From assembly GCA_016839705.1 (NCBI GenBank), contig JAEOTR010000079.1:32224-96223 (forward strand): a stretch of DNA of 64,000 nt. The letters are read 5' to 3'. Positions 9,669 through 19,562 of the stretch are shown piece after piece (positions within the stretch are counted from its first letter, which is position 1; every line of letters begins with the position of its first letter). The notes beneath the pieces were generated by a model. The model did no database searches. It had not been told where the DNA came from and saw only the letters and a program-made list of their open reading frames with translations. Position numbers and translations under genes: made by a program. This DNA is from Promethearchaeota archaeon. GTDB taxonomy: Archaea > Asgardarchaeota > Lokiarchaeia > Sigyniarchaeales > SOKP01.

Positions 9669-9941
9669 ATGGATTATAATAAAGAATTTAAGAAAGTGTT
9701 ATTATCACAACCTCATTGTATTCTGGGCAAAAGTGGAATTACAAATGATTTTATCAGCCACGTAGATAAAATGTTAAAAAGGTATAAGGTTATTAAAATA
9801 AAGGCATTAAAAACAATAGCAACCAAGTTAAACGTTAAAGATTTAGCTAATGAAATCTCACAATTAACAAATTCTCATTTATTAGACATAAGAGGTAGAA
9901 TATTTATTCTTTCACTTAAGTATACAAAAAAATTGAATTAA
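9669..9941 (+). CDS. YhbY/CRM-domain RNA-binding protein
   Basis: ILGKSGIT...VIKIK...DIRGRIFIL; ATG at 9669; adjacent to rnp4. Confidence 0.8.
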   Translation: MDYNKEFKKVLLSQPHCILGKSGITNDFISHVDKMLKRYKVIKIKALKTIATKLNVKDLANEISQLTNSHLLDIRGRIFILSLKYTKKLN

Positions 9942-9957
9942 TAGTTAGTTATTTGAA

Positions 9958-10314
9958 ATGGGGAAAAAAAGAAAGAACCACCGCGCTATAATAAAAAAAA
10001 TAGCAAGAACTCGGATGATTTATTTACTTCAAAAAGCTCATGAAATTTTTCCTAAAAACAAAGAACTTTCAAACAGATACATTTATTTAGCTAGACGGTA
10101 TGCCCAAAGAGCAAAAGTTGAAATACCTCTTAAATGGAGAAGACGAATTTGCAATAAGTGTAAAAAATTTTTATATCCTGGAATGAATTGTAGAATTAGA
10201 TTACACTCACATAAGGGAAAGGGTTCTCATGTCTCTTTAACATGTTTTGAATGTAACCATACAACCCGATATTTTATAAAAATAAAGAGAGAAAAAAAAG
10301 AACTTTTTAATTAA
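9958..10314 (+). CDS. rnp4: RNase P protein component 4 (Rpp21)
   Basis: IARTRM, RYIYLARR, CNKC...PG...CFEC zinc ribbon. Confidence 0.92.
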   Translation: MGKKRKNHRAIIKKIARTRMIYLLQKAHEIFPKNKELSNRYIYLARRYAQRAKVEIPLKWRRRICNKCKKFLYPGMNCRIRLHSHKGKGSHVSLTCFECNHTTRYFIKIKREKKELFN

Positions 10315-10336
10315 AATTAACTATTTAAAGAAAAAA

Positions 10337-11011
10337 ATGCCTTTAATTATAATTTTAGTAGAATGTGGCATAGAATTAATACCAAAGGAAATTAGAAACC
10401 ATTCTGCTGTTAGAAAAAATTTTTCAACTCAACTATATTCCTCACAACTTTTAGATACAGCACTCCATCATACTGCTATGAGAAATTTAAAAAATCCAGA
10501 AAAAAGAGGTAGGCCTGATATAGCTCATCTATGTTTACTTAATGCTTTAGGTTCACCCTTAAATAAATCAGGAAAGTTAAAGCTATATATTCATACAATC
10601 AATAATAAAATTTATAGATTTAACCCAGAAATTAAAATAGCAAGAAATTACAATCGATTTAAAGGATTAATGGCAAAAATTTTGATTGATGGAGATGTAA
10701 ATTTAAATGGGATACCACTAATTTCGGAGTTCAAAGGAGAATTGCAGGAAATCATTGATAAGTTTAAATCTCCTAGAATTTTTTTATTTTCAAGCAGAGG
10801 AAAACTAATCCAAAATTATAAAGAATTATTTGGTGATGAGGAATCTGAAGAGATAGTAGCAATTATTGGGGGTTTTCAGAAAAGCGAGTTCTCAGATTAT
10901 ATTAAGCATTTATCTAAAAATATAATTTCTATCTCAAAGTATTCTTTAGATGCATGGGTAGTTATAAGTAAGATTATAAATTTCTATGAACTGTCTTACA
11001 GCGTTATCTAA
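10337..11011 (+). CDS. nep1: Nep1/Emg1 SPOUT rRNA pseudouridine methyltransferase
   Basis: IELIP, LLDTALHH, RGRPDIAHLCLL, RNYNRFKGLM, IIGGF. Confidence 0.92.
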   Translation: MPLIIILVECGIELIPKEIRNHSAVRKNFSTQLYSSQLLDTALHHTAMRNLKNPEKRGRPDIAHLCLLNALGSPLNKSGKLKLYIHTINNKIYRFNPEIKIARNYNRFKGLMAKILIDGDVNLNGIPLISEFKGELQEIIDKFKSPRIFLFSSRGKLIQNYKELFGDEESEEIVAIIGGFQKSEFSDYIKHLSKNIISISKYSLDAWVVISKIINFYELSYSVI

Positions 11012-11085
11012 ATTTACTAAAAGCAGAAAAGTTAAAAGAAACTAAACACTTTATTTTATACTACTATTAATCAATGGTGTATAAA

Positions 11086-11157
11086 GCGCTCGTTGTGTAG
11101 TGGCTATCATCCAGGACTTCCAATTCTGGGACCCGGGTTCAATTCCCGGCGGGCGCA
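11086..11157 (+). tRNA. tRNA-Gly(TCC), intronless
   Basis: Acceptor GCGCTCG/CGGGCGC; anticodon arm CAGGA-CTTCCAA-TTCTG; T arm CCGGG-TTCAATT-CCCGG. Confidence 0.95.
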
Positions 11158-11402
11158 TAGCTAATTTCTAAACTATATTTTAAATATATTAAGTTATTTT
11201 TTGAAAACCAAAAAATTATATTTACAAAGTTGTATGTTATAATCGAAAAAGCGTCAGCTAAATTTTTTTTCCATTTCCATAGATCACTTTTTTGTTTAAC
11301 TGGCGTTTTTTCTCATTTTAGATCTTACTTCTGTATTGTTCTTTTCAATAATCTTAAATTTTTACATTTATTATTGAGGAATACAAAACTTTTTTCAATG
11401 TC

Positions 11403-12539
11403 ATGGTCAAGTATAGATATAAGGAATTTAAATCAGTCTTAAACAAACTAAAATACCCTGATTCATGGTTTTGGGCACGATATACATTGAACACATATTC
11501 TGGGTGCGCTCATGCTTGTATTTATTGTGATGCACGAAGTCAGCGGTATTATTTAGAGGATTTTGAAAATGAAGTTGTAATCAAAACCAACTTTGATAAA
11601 AAACTTGATCAGAGGCTGAAAAGAGCGCGTACATTATTACCTGATGTAATCGCCCCAGGGGGAGTAAATGATGCTTACCAGCCTATTGAAAAAAAGATTG
11701 AACATACGAAAAAAGTTCTACAGGTGATTGCGAAACATAAATTTCCTATCAACATTGCTACTAAATCAAATTTAGTTGTAAGAGATAGTGATATTTTACA
11801 AAACATCGCCACCGATACTTGGTGTACCGTAGGCTTTTCAATTACTACAACAAATGAAGAACTCGCAAGTTTTTTAGAACCTTATTCTTCACCTCCCTCG
11901 GAAAGATTTGAAGCTATAAAGAAAATAAAAAAGCAAGCCCCTAATATTCAAGTTGGTACATATTTAATGCCAATTATTCCGTTTCTTGAAGATGACGATG
12001 ATAATTTAGAAGATGTAATTAAACAATCCAAAAATTCTGGTGCAGATTTTGTCTTGTTTTCACCAGGATTGACACTACGTGATTCCCAAGCCAATTTTTT
12101 TATAAAAAAATTAATGAACAGTAAATATAATAAAGTTGTGAAACCATTACTTGAACTATATAAGGGTCAGATATATCCTCCTGCTGAATATTTCAGAAAG
12201 ATACACCCTAAATTACTGAATTTATGTGAAAAGTATAATATTCCTGTCAGAGTCAAAAGGTGGATTCCCTCTGATTATCGTAAATGGAATTATAAGATTT
12301 CAGAATTGTTATTGAATAAAGAATATCTAAACGGCTTAAGAACAGGAAAATCAGGTAAAACAATGATGTGGGCAGGTTTAAATCTAAATAATTTAGAAGA
12401 ATCTATTATAGATGTATTCAAACGAGGAGAACTTTCACAAATAAAAAATTTTACAGGTAAAATAATTGAATTTATAACCCCATATTTAGAAAAGACTAAA
12501 GATCTAAAACAGAATACGGGTATTGATAAATTTTTATGA
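11403..12539 (+). CDS. Radical SAM protein, SplB-like/Rv2578c family (probable DNA repair)
   Basis: NTYSGCAHACIYC, DAYQPIE, ATKS..VVRD, FLEP. Confidence 0.85.
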   Translation: MVKYRYKEFKSVLNKLKYPDSWFWARYTLNTYSGCAHACIYCDARSQRYYLEDFENEVVIKTNFDKKLDQRLKRARTLLPDVIAPGGVNDAYQPIEKKIEHTKKVLQVIAKHKFPINIATKSNLVVRDSDILQNIATDTWCTVGFSITTTNEELASFLEPYSSPPSERFEAIKKIKKQAPNIQVGTYLMPIIPFLEDDDDNLEDVIKQSKNSGADFVLFSPGLTLRDSQANFFIKKLMNSKYNKVVKPLLELYKGQIYPPAEYFRKIHPKLLNLCEKYNIPVRVKRWIPSDYRKWNYKISELLLNKEYLNGLRTGKSGKTMMWAGLNLNNLEESIIDVFKRGELSQIKNFTGKIIEFITPYLEKTKDLKQNTGIDKFL

Positions 12540-13276
12540 TTGAGAAGATAATTAGTGAGATTAAGGCATTTTTAAAGAGAAACGCTCCTCAATTAACAAA
12601 GGAACAAAAATTGAGAATGTATAAGATTTTAAACTCCGATAATCCAAATTTTGTTATTTATGGAAATAAACATTCTGAAATAGAAAAATTTGTTAGGAAT
12701 ATTCACAATAATTTTAATTTATCATATGGCACTGCTTCTGAGATTTTTGAACGCTTGGTTAAATCTAACGTTCATGATGAAAGAATTACAGGAATTTTCT
12801 TATTAAATCGATTTAAAAAATATTTCAACGAAGAAACGGTAGATATGATCCACAAAGTGATTCCCGATTATTTTGATACTTGGGCAATAACCGATACAAC
12901 CATGATAAGAGTTGTTGGACCATATCTCGCAAAAAGTGGGAACGAAAAACTAGCAGAAAAAACTATTGAAAAATGGTCTAATTCAGAAAATTTATGGATA
13001 CGACGTGCAGCTTTAGTCATTTTTCTCAAAATTATAATGGTTAAAAAGGAATTCAATAGTGATAATGTATTTAAACTCGTAGAAAGAATGCGTAAAGATC
13101 CAGAAGATTATATTCAAAAAGGAATCGGGTGGCTTTTAAAAACGTGCTCTAATTATAAATCCGAAATAATATTTGAATATTTAATGAAAAATACTGAAAA
13201 CCTCTCTCGGACAATCCTTAGATATGCAAGTGAAAAATTACCAAAAGATAAAAGAACACAAATATTAAAGAAATAA
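12536..13276 (+). CDS. DNA alkylation repair protein (AlkD-like HEAT repeat)
   Basis: DTWAITD, WSNSENLWIRRAA, DYIQKGIGWLLK, RYASEK; ATGA overlap with the upstream gene. Confidence 0.88.
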   Translation: MIEKIISEIKAFLKRNAPQLTKEQKLRMYKILNSDNPNFVIYGNKHSEIEKFVRNIHNNFNLSYGTASEIFERLVKSNVHDERITGIFLLNRFKKYFNEETVDMIHKVIPDYFDTWAITDTTMIRVVGPYLAKSGNEKLAEKTIEKWSNSENLWIRRAALVIFLKIIMVKKEFNSDNVFKLVERMRKDPEDYIQKGIGWLLKTCSNYKSEIIFEYLMKNTENLSRTILRYASEKLPKDKRTQILKK

Positions 13277-13303
13277 AAAAGTAATGGTAGAAAATGTTCA
13301 AAT

Positions 13304-14659
13304 ATGACCAAAGAGAATTTAGAAAAAAGCGATAATGATACCTCAATTTCTGAGGAATTGGTAGTTATTATTAAAAACACGATTGAGAAATTCAATAAAT
13401 CTGACCTTGTATTAGATGAAATTGAAGAATGGAAGGGAGTTATCCAATTTAATTTGGATGACAATTCTTCTTTTTATATTTTCAATTCGGACTCAAAAAT
13501 AAAATACACTGAGGGCAAAGCGAATGATCCAGACTTTACCTTAATATTAACCCCAATGTTAGCTAAGAAAATTTTTTCTGGAGAAATGGACATTAGGAGT
13601 TTCTTTAACGCATTAACAAATAAAGAATTGGAATTACAAGGAGATTCCTCTCATTTTATGAAACTTACTGTACTACTTGAATTTCTTGAAGAGAATAAAA
13701 GTCAAGAATTAAAAAGTGGGAAAGAAGATTGGATTGTAGAAACCCCAGAGAACCACGGAATGAGATCAGATCTTCTAGAGGATGCTGCTAGAAAATTGAA
13801 AGAAATAGATATAAATCGTAATAGTTTTGTGGTAATTCGACATGGAGTATTAATATATGAAGAATACTATGGCCAACGCAGTTATGACACACGCCTAAAA
13901 TGGCATTATGATATTGCTTCAGTTACCAAAACAATAGCTGCTTTAGTCGTCGGAGTTGCAGTAACTAAAGGATTATTTAGTGTTGATGATCTTATTACTG
14001 ATTGGATTCCTAATCCTGCAAATGGTATCGTACCCGGTTCAAAAATTAAACATGTATTAACTCAAACCTCTGAAAGTGAACCAGCTGGAACAAAATTCAA
14101 GTATAATAGTGAAGATGAAGTAAATACATTAGGTAAAATCATAACTATAGCATCTGGAATACCCTCTAAACAATTCGCACAAACTAATCTCTTCCAACCC
14201 TTAGGAGTTAATAATTATTCCTGGGGTGAGGTAGTAGCTGATATGACTGATCTTCCAATTGGTTATGGAATGAAAATATCCTCTAGAGATGCAGCAAAAC
14301 TGGGGCAATTAATGCTAAACAAAGGTAGATGGAATGGGAAACAACTTATATCTGAAGAATATCTAGAAGAAATGACTAAACCTAGTTTTCTTGAGACTAA
14401 TAGTGGTTATGGATATCTTATGTGGTTAAACAACTCTTTAGGAAAATGGCAAAGACCGTTTAAAAATGGTACAGGAAGTATGATCCCTAACGCTCCCGAG
14501 GATATGTTTATGGCAACTGGCTTCTATGGACGATTTATTTTTGTAATTCCTAGTTTAGATATAGTTATCGTCACCTTTGGGAAAAAATTTGTAATGGAAA
14601 GCCTGGATACAGCAAGAAAATTTTTTAACGCATTTGCACCAGCATTACCTTCTCAATAA
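13304..14659 (+). CDS. SCP2 lipid-binding domain fused to a beta-lactamase-fold serine hydrolase
   Basis: N-terminal SCP2 (PDFTLIL...LELQGD); SxxK (ASVTK), FKYNS, YGYLMW, ATGFYG. Confidence 0.82.
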   Translation: MTKENLEKSDNDTSISEELVVIIKNTIEKFNKSDLVLDEIEEWKGVIQFNLDDNSSFYIFNSDSKIKYTEGKANDPDFTLILTPMLAKKIFSGEMDIRSFFNALTNKELELQGDSSHFMKLTVLLEFLEENKSQELKSGKEDWIVETPENHGMRSDLLEDAARKLKEIDINRNSFVVIRHGVLIYEEYYGQRSYDTRLKWHYDIASVTKTIAALVVGVAVTKGLFSVDDLITDWIPNPANGIVPGSKIKHVLTQTSESEPAGTKFKYNSEDEVNTLGKIITIASGIPSKQFAQTNLFQPLGVNNYSWGEVVADMTDLPIGYGMKISSRDAAKLGQLMLNKGRWNGKQLISEEYLEEMTKPSFLETNSGYGYLMWLNNSLGKWQRPFKNGTGSMIPNAPEDMFMATGFYGRFIFVIPSLDIVIVTFGKKFVMESLDTARKFFNAFAPALPSQ

Positions 14660-14774
14660 ATTTTTCAAATTTTCATAACAACCAGAATTTTGTAATAGAA
14701 TTTATGAAGAGATAAGTTATTTAAATACAAAAAATAAATAATAAAAAAGAGATTTTAGAGGTGAAAAAAATAAA

Positions 14775-15803
14775 ATGCGAGCCGCCTTAATTCAAGAATA
14801 TGGTAAAGTTAGTATAGTAGATGTTCCTAAACCTTCTCCCGCATCTGGGGAAGCCCTAGTTAAAATTACTACCGCAGGTGTTTGCCATTCGGACTTGCAT
14901 CTTGTAATGGGCGATTGGATGAAACTACCAACACCACGTCCTATTGGTCATGAAGGTATTGGGATAGTTGAGGAATTGGGTCTTGACAATAAATCTGATA
15001 TAAAAGTAGGTGATAGGGTTATATTAGGACTTGGTGGAACAGGCGGATATTGGTGTGGAACCTGTGAGTATTGTCTTGCTGGAGAAACTAACTACTGTCC
15101 CCAAAGTAAACCTATATTCGGAATATTTAGTGAATATATTTCTCTTTGGGCACCCTCTTTGGTAAAAATTCCTGATGAACTAAGTGATACTGAAGTACCT
15201 TTAGCATGCGGTGGGTTAACTGCCTATGGAGCAATCAAAAAACTAAAGAGGCTGAACATATCCCCTGGGAGTAATATTGCCATTATCGGAGCTGCTGGAG
15301 GACTTGGTCATTATGCTGTGCAGATCGCAAAAACATTTGGGTATAAAGTTATTGGTGTTGATACAGGTCCAGAAAAATTAGAAATCGTCGAGAAACTTGG
15401 TGCTGACTATGCAATAGATGTTAGTGAAGCAGGGAAATTTGTTACACAAAATTTAAAGGGAGTTCAAGCAAGCATAGTATTTGCAGCAAATATTTCTGCT
15501 TATAACCTTGGATTAAGTTTACTCAAGGTAGGAGGAACATTAATTGGAGCAGGCTTACCGCCATTCAGCGAAGGAGGAATCACAATTACCCCATTCATCC
15601 TAATAATGAGAAATTTACACATCACTGGATCTAAAACTGGGACTGTAGAAGATATGAAAGATTTAGTCCAATTAGCTGTAGAAGGCAAGGTTAAAACTCA
15701 TGTCGGTAGAACTGCAAATCTTTCAGAACTTAATGAAGTATTTGAGGAAATGCTCAACGGAAAATTCGTAGGAAGAGCCATTATTAATAATCTCATGAAA
15801 TAA
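14775..15803 (+). CDS. Zinc-dependent alcohol dehydrogenase
   Basis: GVCHSD, GHEG, CGTCEYC..C, GAAGGLG. Confidence 0.93.
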   Translation: MRAALIQEYGKVSIVDVPKPSPASGEALVKITTAGVCHSDLHLVMGDWMKLPTPRPIGHEGIGIVEELGLDNKSDIKVGDRVILGLGGTGGYWCGTCEYCLAGETNYCPQSKPIFGIFSEYISLWAPSLVKIPDELSDTEVPLACGGLTAYGAIKKLKRLNISPGSNIAIIGAAGGLGHYAVQIAKTFGYKVIGVDTGPEKLEIVEKLGADYAIDVSEAGKFVTQNLKGVQASIVFAANISAYNLGLSLLKVGGTLIGAGLPPFSEGGITITPFILIMRNLHITGSKTGTVEDMKDLVQLAVEGKVKTHVGRTANLSELNEVFEEMLNGKFVGRAIINNLMK

Positions 15804-15856
15804 TACCATGAAAAATTATTCTAATTGCGATAATCTAAATAGAAAATTAAAATCCT

Positions 15857-16537
15857 ATGAAATACAAGGCTATTATTTTTGACCTATTTGGTACTCTTGT
15901 CGATAGTTATTCTGTTCAAGGATACAACAAATTATTAACAGATATGGCTTCAGCTCTCGAATTACCTCGTGAAGGTTTTTCAAAGCTTTGGCGTGATACA
16001 ACTTATGAACGTGGAACTGGGATTTTTAAAACCACTGAAGACAGTATAAAGTATATTTGTGATATTCTTAAAGTATCTATAAGTGAGGAAAATATTAAGA
16101 AATGTGAACAGATCAGACAAAAAACTTCACGCAAAGCTTTAGCTCCTAAAAATGGAGCTGTTGGGATTTTAAAACGTTTAAGAGGATTAGGATATAAGAT
16201 TGGATTAATAACTAATTGTTCTGCCGAAGTACCTCTCCTATGGAAAAATACAGAATTTTCTCATTTATTTGATGTTACCATATTCTCCGCTTCAGTTGGT
16301 ATGAAAAAACCCGACGCTCAAATATATAATTTAGCATGTGAACAATTGGGTGTCGAACCAAGTGAATGCCTCTACTTTGGGGATGGTGATAGTAATGAAC
16401 TATCGGGAGCTTCTCAGCTTGGTATGGATGCTGTTATGATTCGGGATCCGAATGAGTTGGACCCCTATCGTTTAGTTGAGGTCGTGTGGGATGGTCGGAA
16501 AATTGAAAATTTCACAGAGATAATGGATCTGATATAA
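15857..16537 (+). CDS. HAD-superfamily hydrolase
   Basis: FDLFGTL, ITN, KPD, FGDG. Confidence 0.9.
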   Translation: MKYKAIIFDLFGTLVDSYSVQGYNKLLTDMASALELPREGFSKLWRDTTYERGTGIFKTTEDSIKYICDILKVSISEENIKKCEQIRQKTSRKALAPKNGAVGILKRLRGLGYKIGLITNCSAEVPLLWKNTEFSHLFDVTIFSASVGMKKPDAQIYNLACEQLGVEPSECLYFGDGDSNELSGASQLGMDAVMIRDPNELDPYRLVEVVWDGRKIENFTEIMDLI

Positions 16538-16616
16538 CTGTTTTTATATTATCAAAAAAGAAGTTTCCTTTTAAGAACTAAAAATATTTTTCTATTTATT
16601 TTAATTGTTTCAAATG

Positions 16617-16653
16617 AAATTTCATTGAAATCAGACCCCGAATTTACCTTTCC
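16617..16653. repeat. Degenerate 37-bp direct repeat, copy 1
   Basis: 32/37 identical to 17455-17491. Confidence 0.7.
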
Positions 16654-16910
16654 ATTTCAACTTCACAGAAAATTGGGAAGAAATTTAAAAAAGTTCTAAT
16701 CTTGTATCTCTTATTATTATTTGATAATAGATCCTGGAGGTTCAGATTAATTCATATTTAATAGGCTTGAAGTATATTTCTTTATTTCCTCAGAATTTTT
16801 TTTCAACTTATTTTAAAAGTATTTCCTTCTAAAAGTATTAAAATCAGAAAATCTTTTAAAATCAAATTCATTGTTGGTATTAATTATCATAGAAATTAGA
16901 AATCAAAAAT

Positions 16911-17348
16911 ATGCAATTCGACATGAAAAAATTTATTAAAATAATTTTAGGAGTTTTCTCAATCTTCATAGTTTTATTTGCACCTTATGGATATCATATT
17001 CATTTAAATCCTGGTCCTAATTCAATAGTCGCTATGATTTGGGAATATTCTACCTATTACTCTTTTAGATATTTTTCTCCATTAGGTTATTATATTGAAT
17101 TTTATATATTTCGAATTGTTGTTCTTTACTACATTTTTAGATTCCTTTTAGAAAAAACTTCAAAAAAGAGAATGATTATTTTAGGTATAATTAATGAGAT
17201 AATACCCTTAATTCTATCAATTCTAGGCGCGTTAATAGTTAACTCAGAAGGGGAATATCTCAGGGCTATCATAATTTCGATCCCAATTCTATTTTTATTT
17301 GATCTTTTCGTTGTTTATATATATCCTAAACTCAATAATATCGTCTAA
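16911..17348 (+). CDS. Hypothetical 4-TM membrane protein
   Basis: 145-aa ORF with hydrophobic segments. Confidence 0.65.
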   Translation: MQFDMKKFIKIILGVFSIFIVLFAPYGYHIHLNPGPNSIVAMIWEYSTYYSFRYFSPLGYYIEFYIFRIVVLYYIFRFLLEKTSKKRMIILGIINEIIPLILSILGALIVNSEGEYLRAIIISIPILFLFDLFVVYIYPKLNNIV

Positions 17349-17454
17349 AAAATATACTATTTTCGAGAGTGGACATCACGGGGGAGAGAGGTAAAATAAA
17401 AGTAGAAAATATGATGATTAAAATAAATCTATAAATATGATTCTCTTCTAAATT

Positions 17455-17491
17455 AAATTTCATTGAAACCAAAGTCTGAATTTACCTTTCC
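17455..17491. repeat. Degenerate 37-bp direct repeat, copy 2
   Basis: AAATTTCATTGAAA-N9-GAATTTACCTTTCC shared with 16617-16653. Confidence 0.7.
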
Positions 17492-17770
17492 GGAGATTTA
17501 AGAAGTCTTGAATCTTAATATACTTCCCTTTAGAAAAAATAATTAGTGGTGCATTTCTAAATTAGGAAATCTTTAAGAAACCGCGGATAAATGAAAAAAA
17601 AATTTTAAATGAGATTTCTTCCCCTTGAATTTGTACTTTTTATCCCTTTTCTCACTTTTTATGTTCTCATTTAAGGACTAAAAATATTTTTATGAGATTC
17701 TTTACTTTAATTTCTATCTTATTTATGATAATAAATTGTATATTATCAAAAAATAAGATATTTCATAGGT

Positions 17771-17972
17771 GCCAAGGTGGCGTAGCCCGGTTCATCGCGT
17801 TAGAGCTCCTTATTGTAGGGTAAGAACGCACCAGATTCATCGGAGTTACCGATAAAGGTGAAACTGAAGATCTGGGTATCGAGAAAAAATTGGGTCTCTT
17901 CGACCGTTTTCGGGAAGGTTCAAAAGAAAAACCCGCATTCGAGCTTTTTGGGAACTCCCTCCCTTGGCACCA
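17771..17972 (+). tRNA. tRNA-Phe(GAA) with four non-canonical introns, CCA encoded
   Basis: Removing 17791-17823, 17835-17862, 17884-17916 and 17925-17955 gives a fully paired 77-nt cloverleaf GCCAAGG TG GCGT AGCCCGGGA ACGC A CCAGA CTGAAGA TCTGG GTATC GAGGG TTCAAAT CCCTC CCTTGGC A CCA. Each junction forms a BHB-like motif. Confidence 0.88.
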
Positions 17973-18124
17973 CTCTTAAGATTTATTATTGATTATTTAT
18001 ATCCCTCTTCTTCTTAAAATTAGATTCTAGCTCTTTTACTACTCCTTTACCATATATATTTAATTTCCCAAATCCTTTCCTTTTGTCCGTTAATGCTTTT
18101 TCAATTGCTTTTATAATTGTATTA

Positions 18125-18772
18125 TCATTTACCAATAATAAAACCTTTCACTTTATCCAATTTCTTTACAACAGCTTTGGTTATCGAAGTTAATTGCTCA
18201 TAGTTTTGATGCCCATTAGCAATTAAAACGTGATTACAATCGCATTCTTGAGAAACTTCGAAATCATGGCTCGTATCACCTATGAACCATGTTTTTTTCG
18301 GGTCTAAATCAGAATTTTCGATAAAATTTTTGGCGATAACGGCTTTACTAACAGCTAAATTATTTGATAAACCTAAAATTGAATGAAAAAAACCATTTAT
18401 CTTTTTTTCTCGCACAGATTTGGTTAAGATTCCTTGTTCCATAGCAGATATTATCGTTTGCTTGTAACCCAATTGGGAAAAATAGTGCAGATTTTCTTTT
18501 ACACCGGGAAATAGTTGACAAGATGGTAATCTGGAATTATATTCTGATATGAATTCTTCGGTGATTTTCTTAAAATTTTCTGTGGATGTATCAAAACCTA
18601 ATTTGCTGTAGTAATTTTGAACTGGGAACGTGAATATTTTTTTATAGGATTCTTTAGAAATAGTTTTTTTATTATATTTTGACAATAAAGCATTGATCGA
18701 ATCAATGCAGATATCAACATCATCTAAGAGCGTACCATTCCAATCCCAAATGATCGTAAAATTGTCTATCAT
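18125..18772 (-). CDS. HAD hydrolase (phosphoglycolate phosphatase-like)
   Basis: WDWNGTLLDD, IISA, FIGDT.HD. Confidence 0.9.
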   Translation of the reverse strand: MIDNFTIIWDWNGTLLDDVDICIDSINALLSKYNKKTISKESYKKIFTFPVQNYYSKLGFDTSTENFKKITEEFISEYNSRLPSCQLFPGVKENLHYFSQLGYKQTIISAMEQGILTKSVREKKINGFFHSILGLSNNLAVSKAVIAKNFIENSDLDPKKTWFIGDTSHDFEVSQECDCNHVLIANGHQNYEQLTSITKAVVKKLDKVKGFIIGK

Positions 18773-18926
18773 TACGTTTTATTTATTTCTTGTTCCGATT
18801 TTTTAGTTGTATATATAAAATAATTTCCTGAAAACCAGTATTTCTTTAATTAAGTGGGTTTTTCAAATTAAATTTTTTTATTAAATCCATAACATCGGAA
18901 AACCAACAATTGCTTTTAAGAAAATC

Positions 18927-19457
18927 TTAAGTGAGAATGTCTTTTCTTCTTACATCATATTTTATAAATTCTTGAAATTGTTCATTATCCTCATCAATAA
19001 ACTCCCAAAACTCATCGTAGAGTTCCCGCAGTGTTTTGTCTTTATTTTCTGATTTGATCTGTATCTCTTGTTTTTGAAAATTCTTAATTTTATTCTGACG
19101 ATTCGGTATATATTCGAGATAATCCCCCTCTAAGACTAAATTTTCAAATAATTCCTGATCATCTTTGATACTGTTCTTAGGTTGTTGGTTTTGTTCGATC
19201 TTTGTCTTTTCAAATTCAAAATCTACTCTTTGATACCCTCTTACCACAAAATTTTTATCTACAAACGCTTGAAATTGGTGTTCACAAACTAGACCTCTTG
19301 CTATTGACATTGTAGTTAAACCTTTTGTTTTATCAACAATTGATCTAGGAGATTTCAAGCTTTTTTTAGATTTACAAACGGGACAGATAAACTGAATCTG
19401 GGTAAAATTAGTTGAGGTAATTATTTCGGGGCTTTGGGCTAGTTTAGTAACTGCCAT
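18927..19457 (-). CDS. Hypothetical protein with a putative Zn-binding N-terminal domain
   Basis: CPVC...CEHQFQAFVDKNFVVRGYQ. Confidence 0.7.
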   Translation of the reverse strand: MAVTKLAQSPEIITSTNFTQIQFICPVCKSKKSLKSPRSIVDKTKGLTTMSIARGLVCEHQFQAFVDKNFVVRGYQRVDFEFEKTKIEQNQQPKNSIKDDQELFENLVLEGDYLEYIPNRQNKIKNFQKQEIQIKSENKDKTLRELYDEFWEFIDEDNEQFQEFIKYDVRRKDILT

Positions 19458-19562
19458 AATAACACCTTCTTTTTATACTCAGAAATTAAACATAAAAACT
19501 CCTATATAAATTATAACAGAGTGAAAGGAAAAGTAAAACCCAAATTTCAAAACTTGGGATTA

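Noticed and set aside
17985-18124. Start-less minus-strand open stretch of about 45 codons after the HAD gene
   Set aside because: No start codon or recognisable homology; probably a gene remnant.
11158-18772. Possible genomic island after tRNA-Gly
   Set aside because: Accessory-looking genes, but no integrase, transposase or duplicated tRNA 3' end was found.
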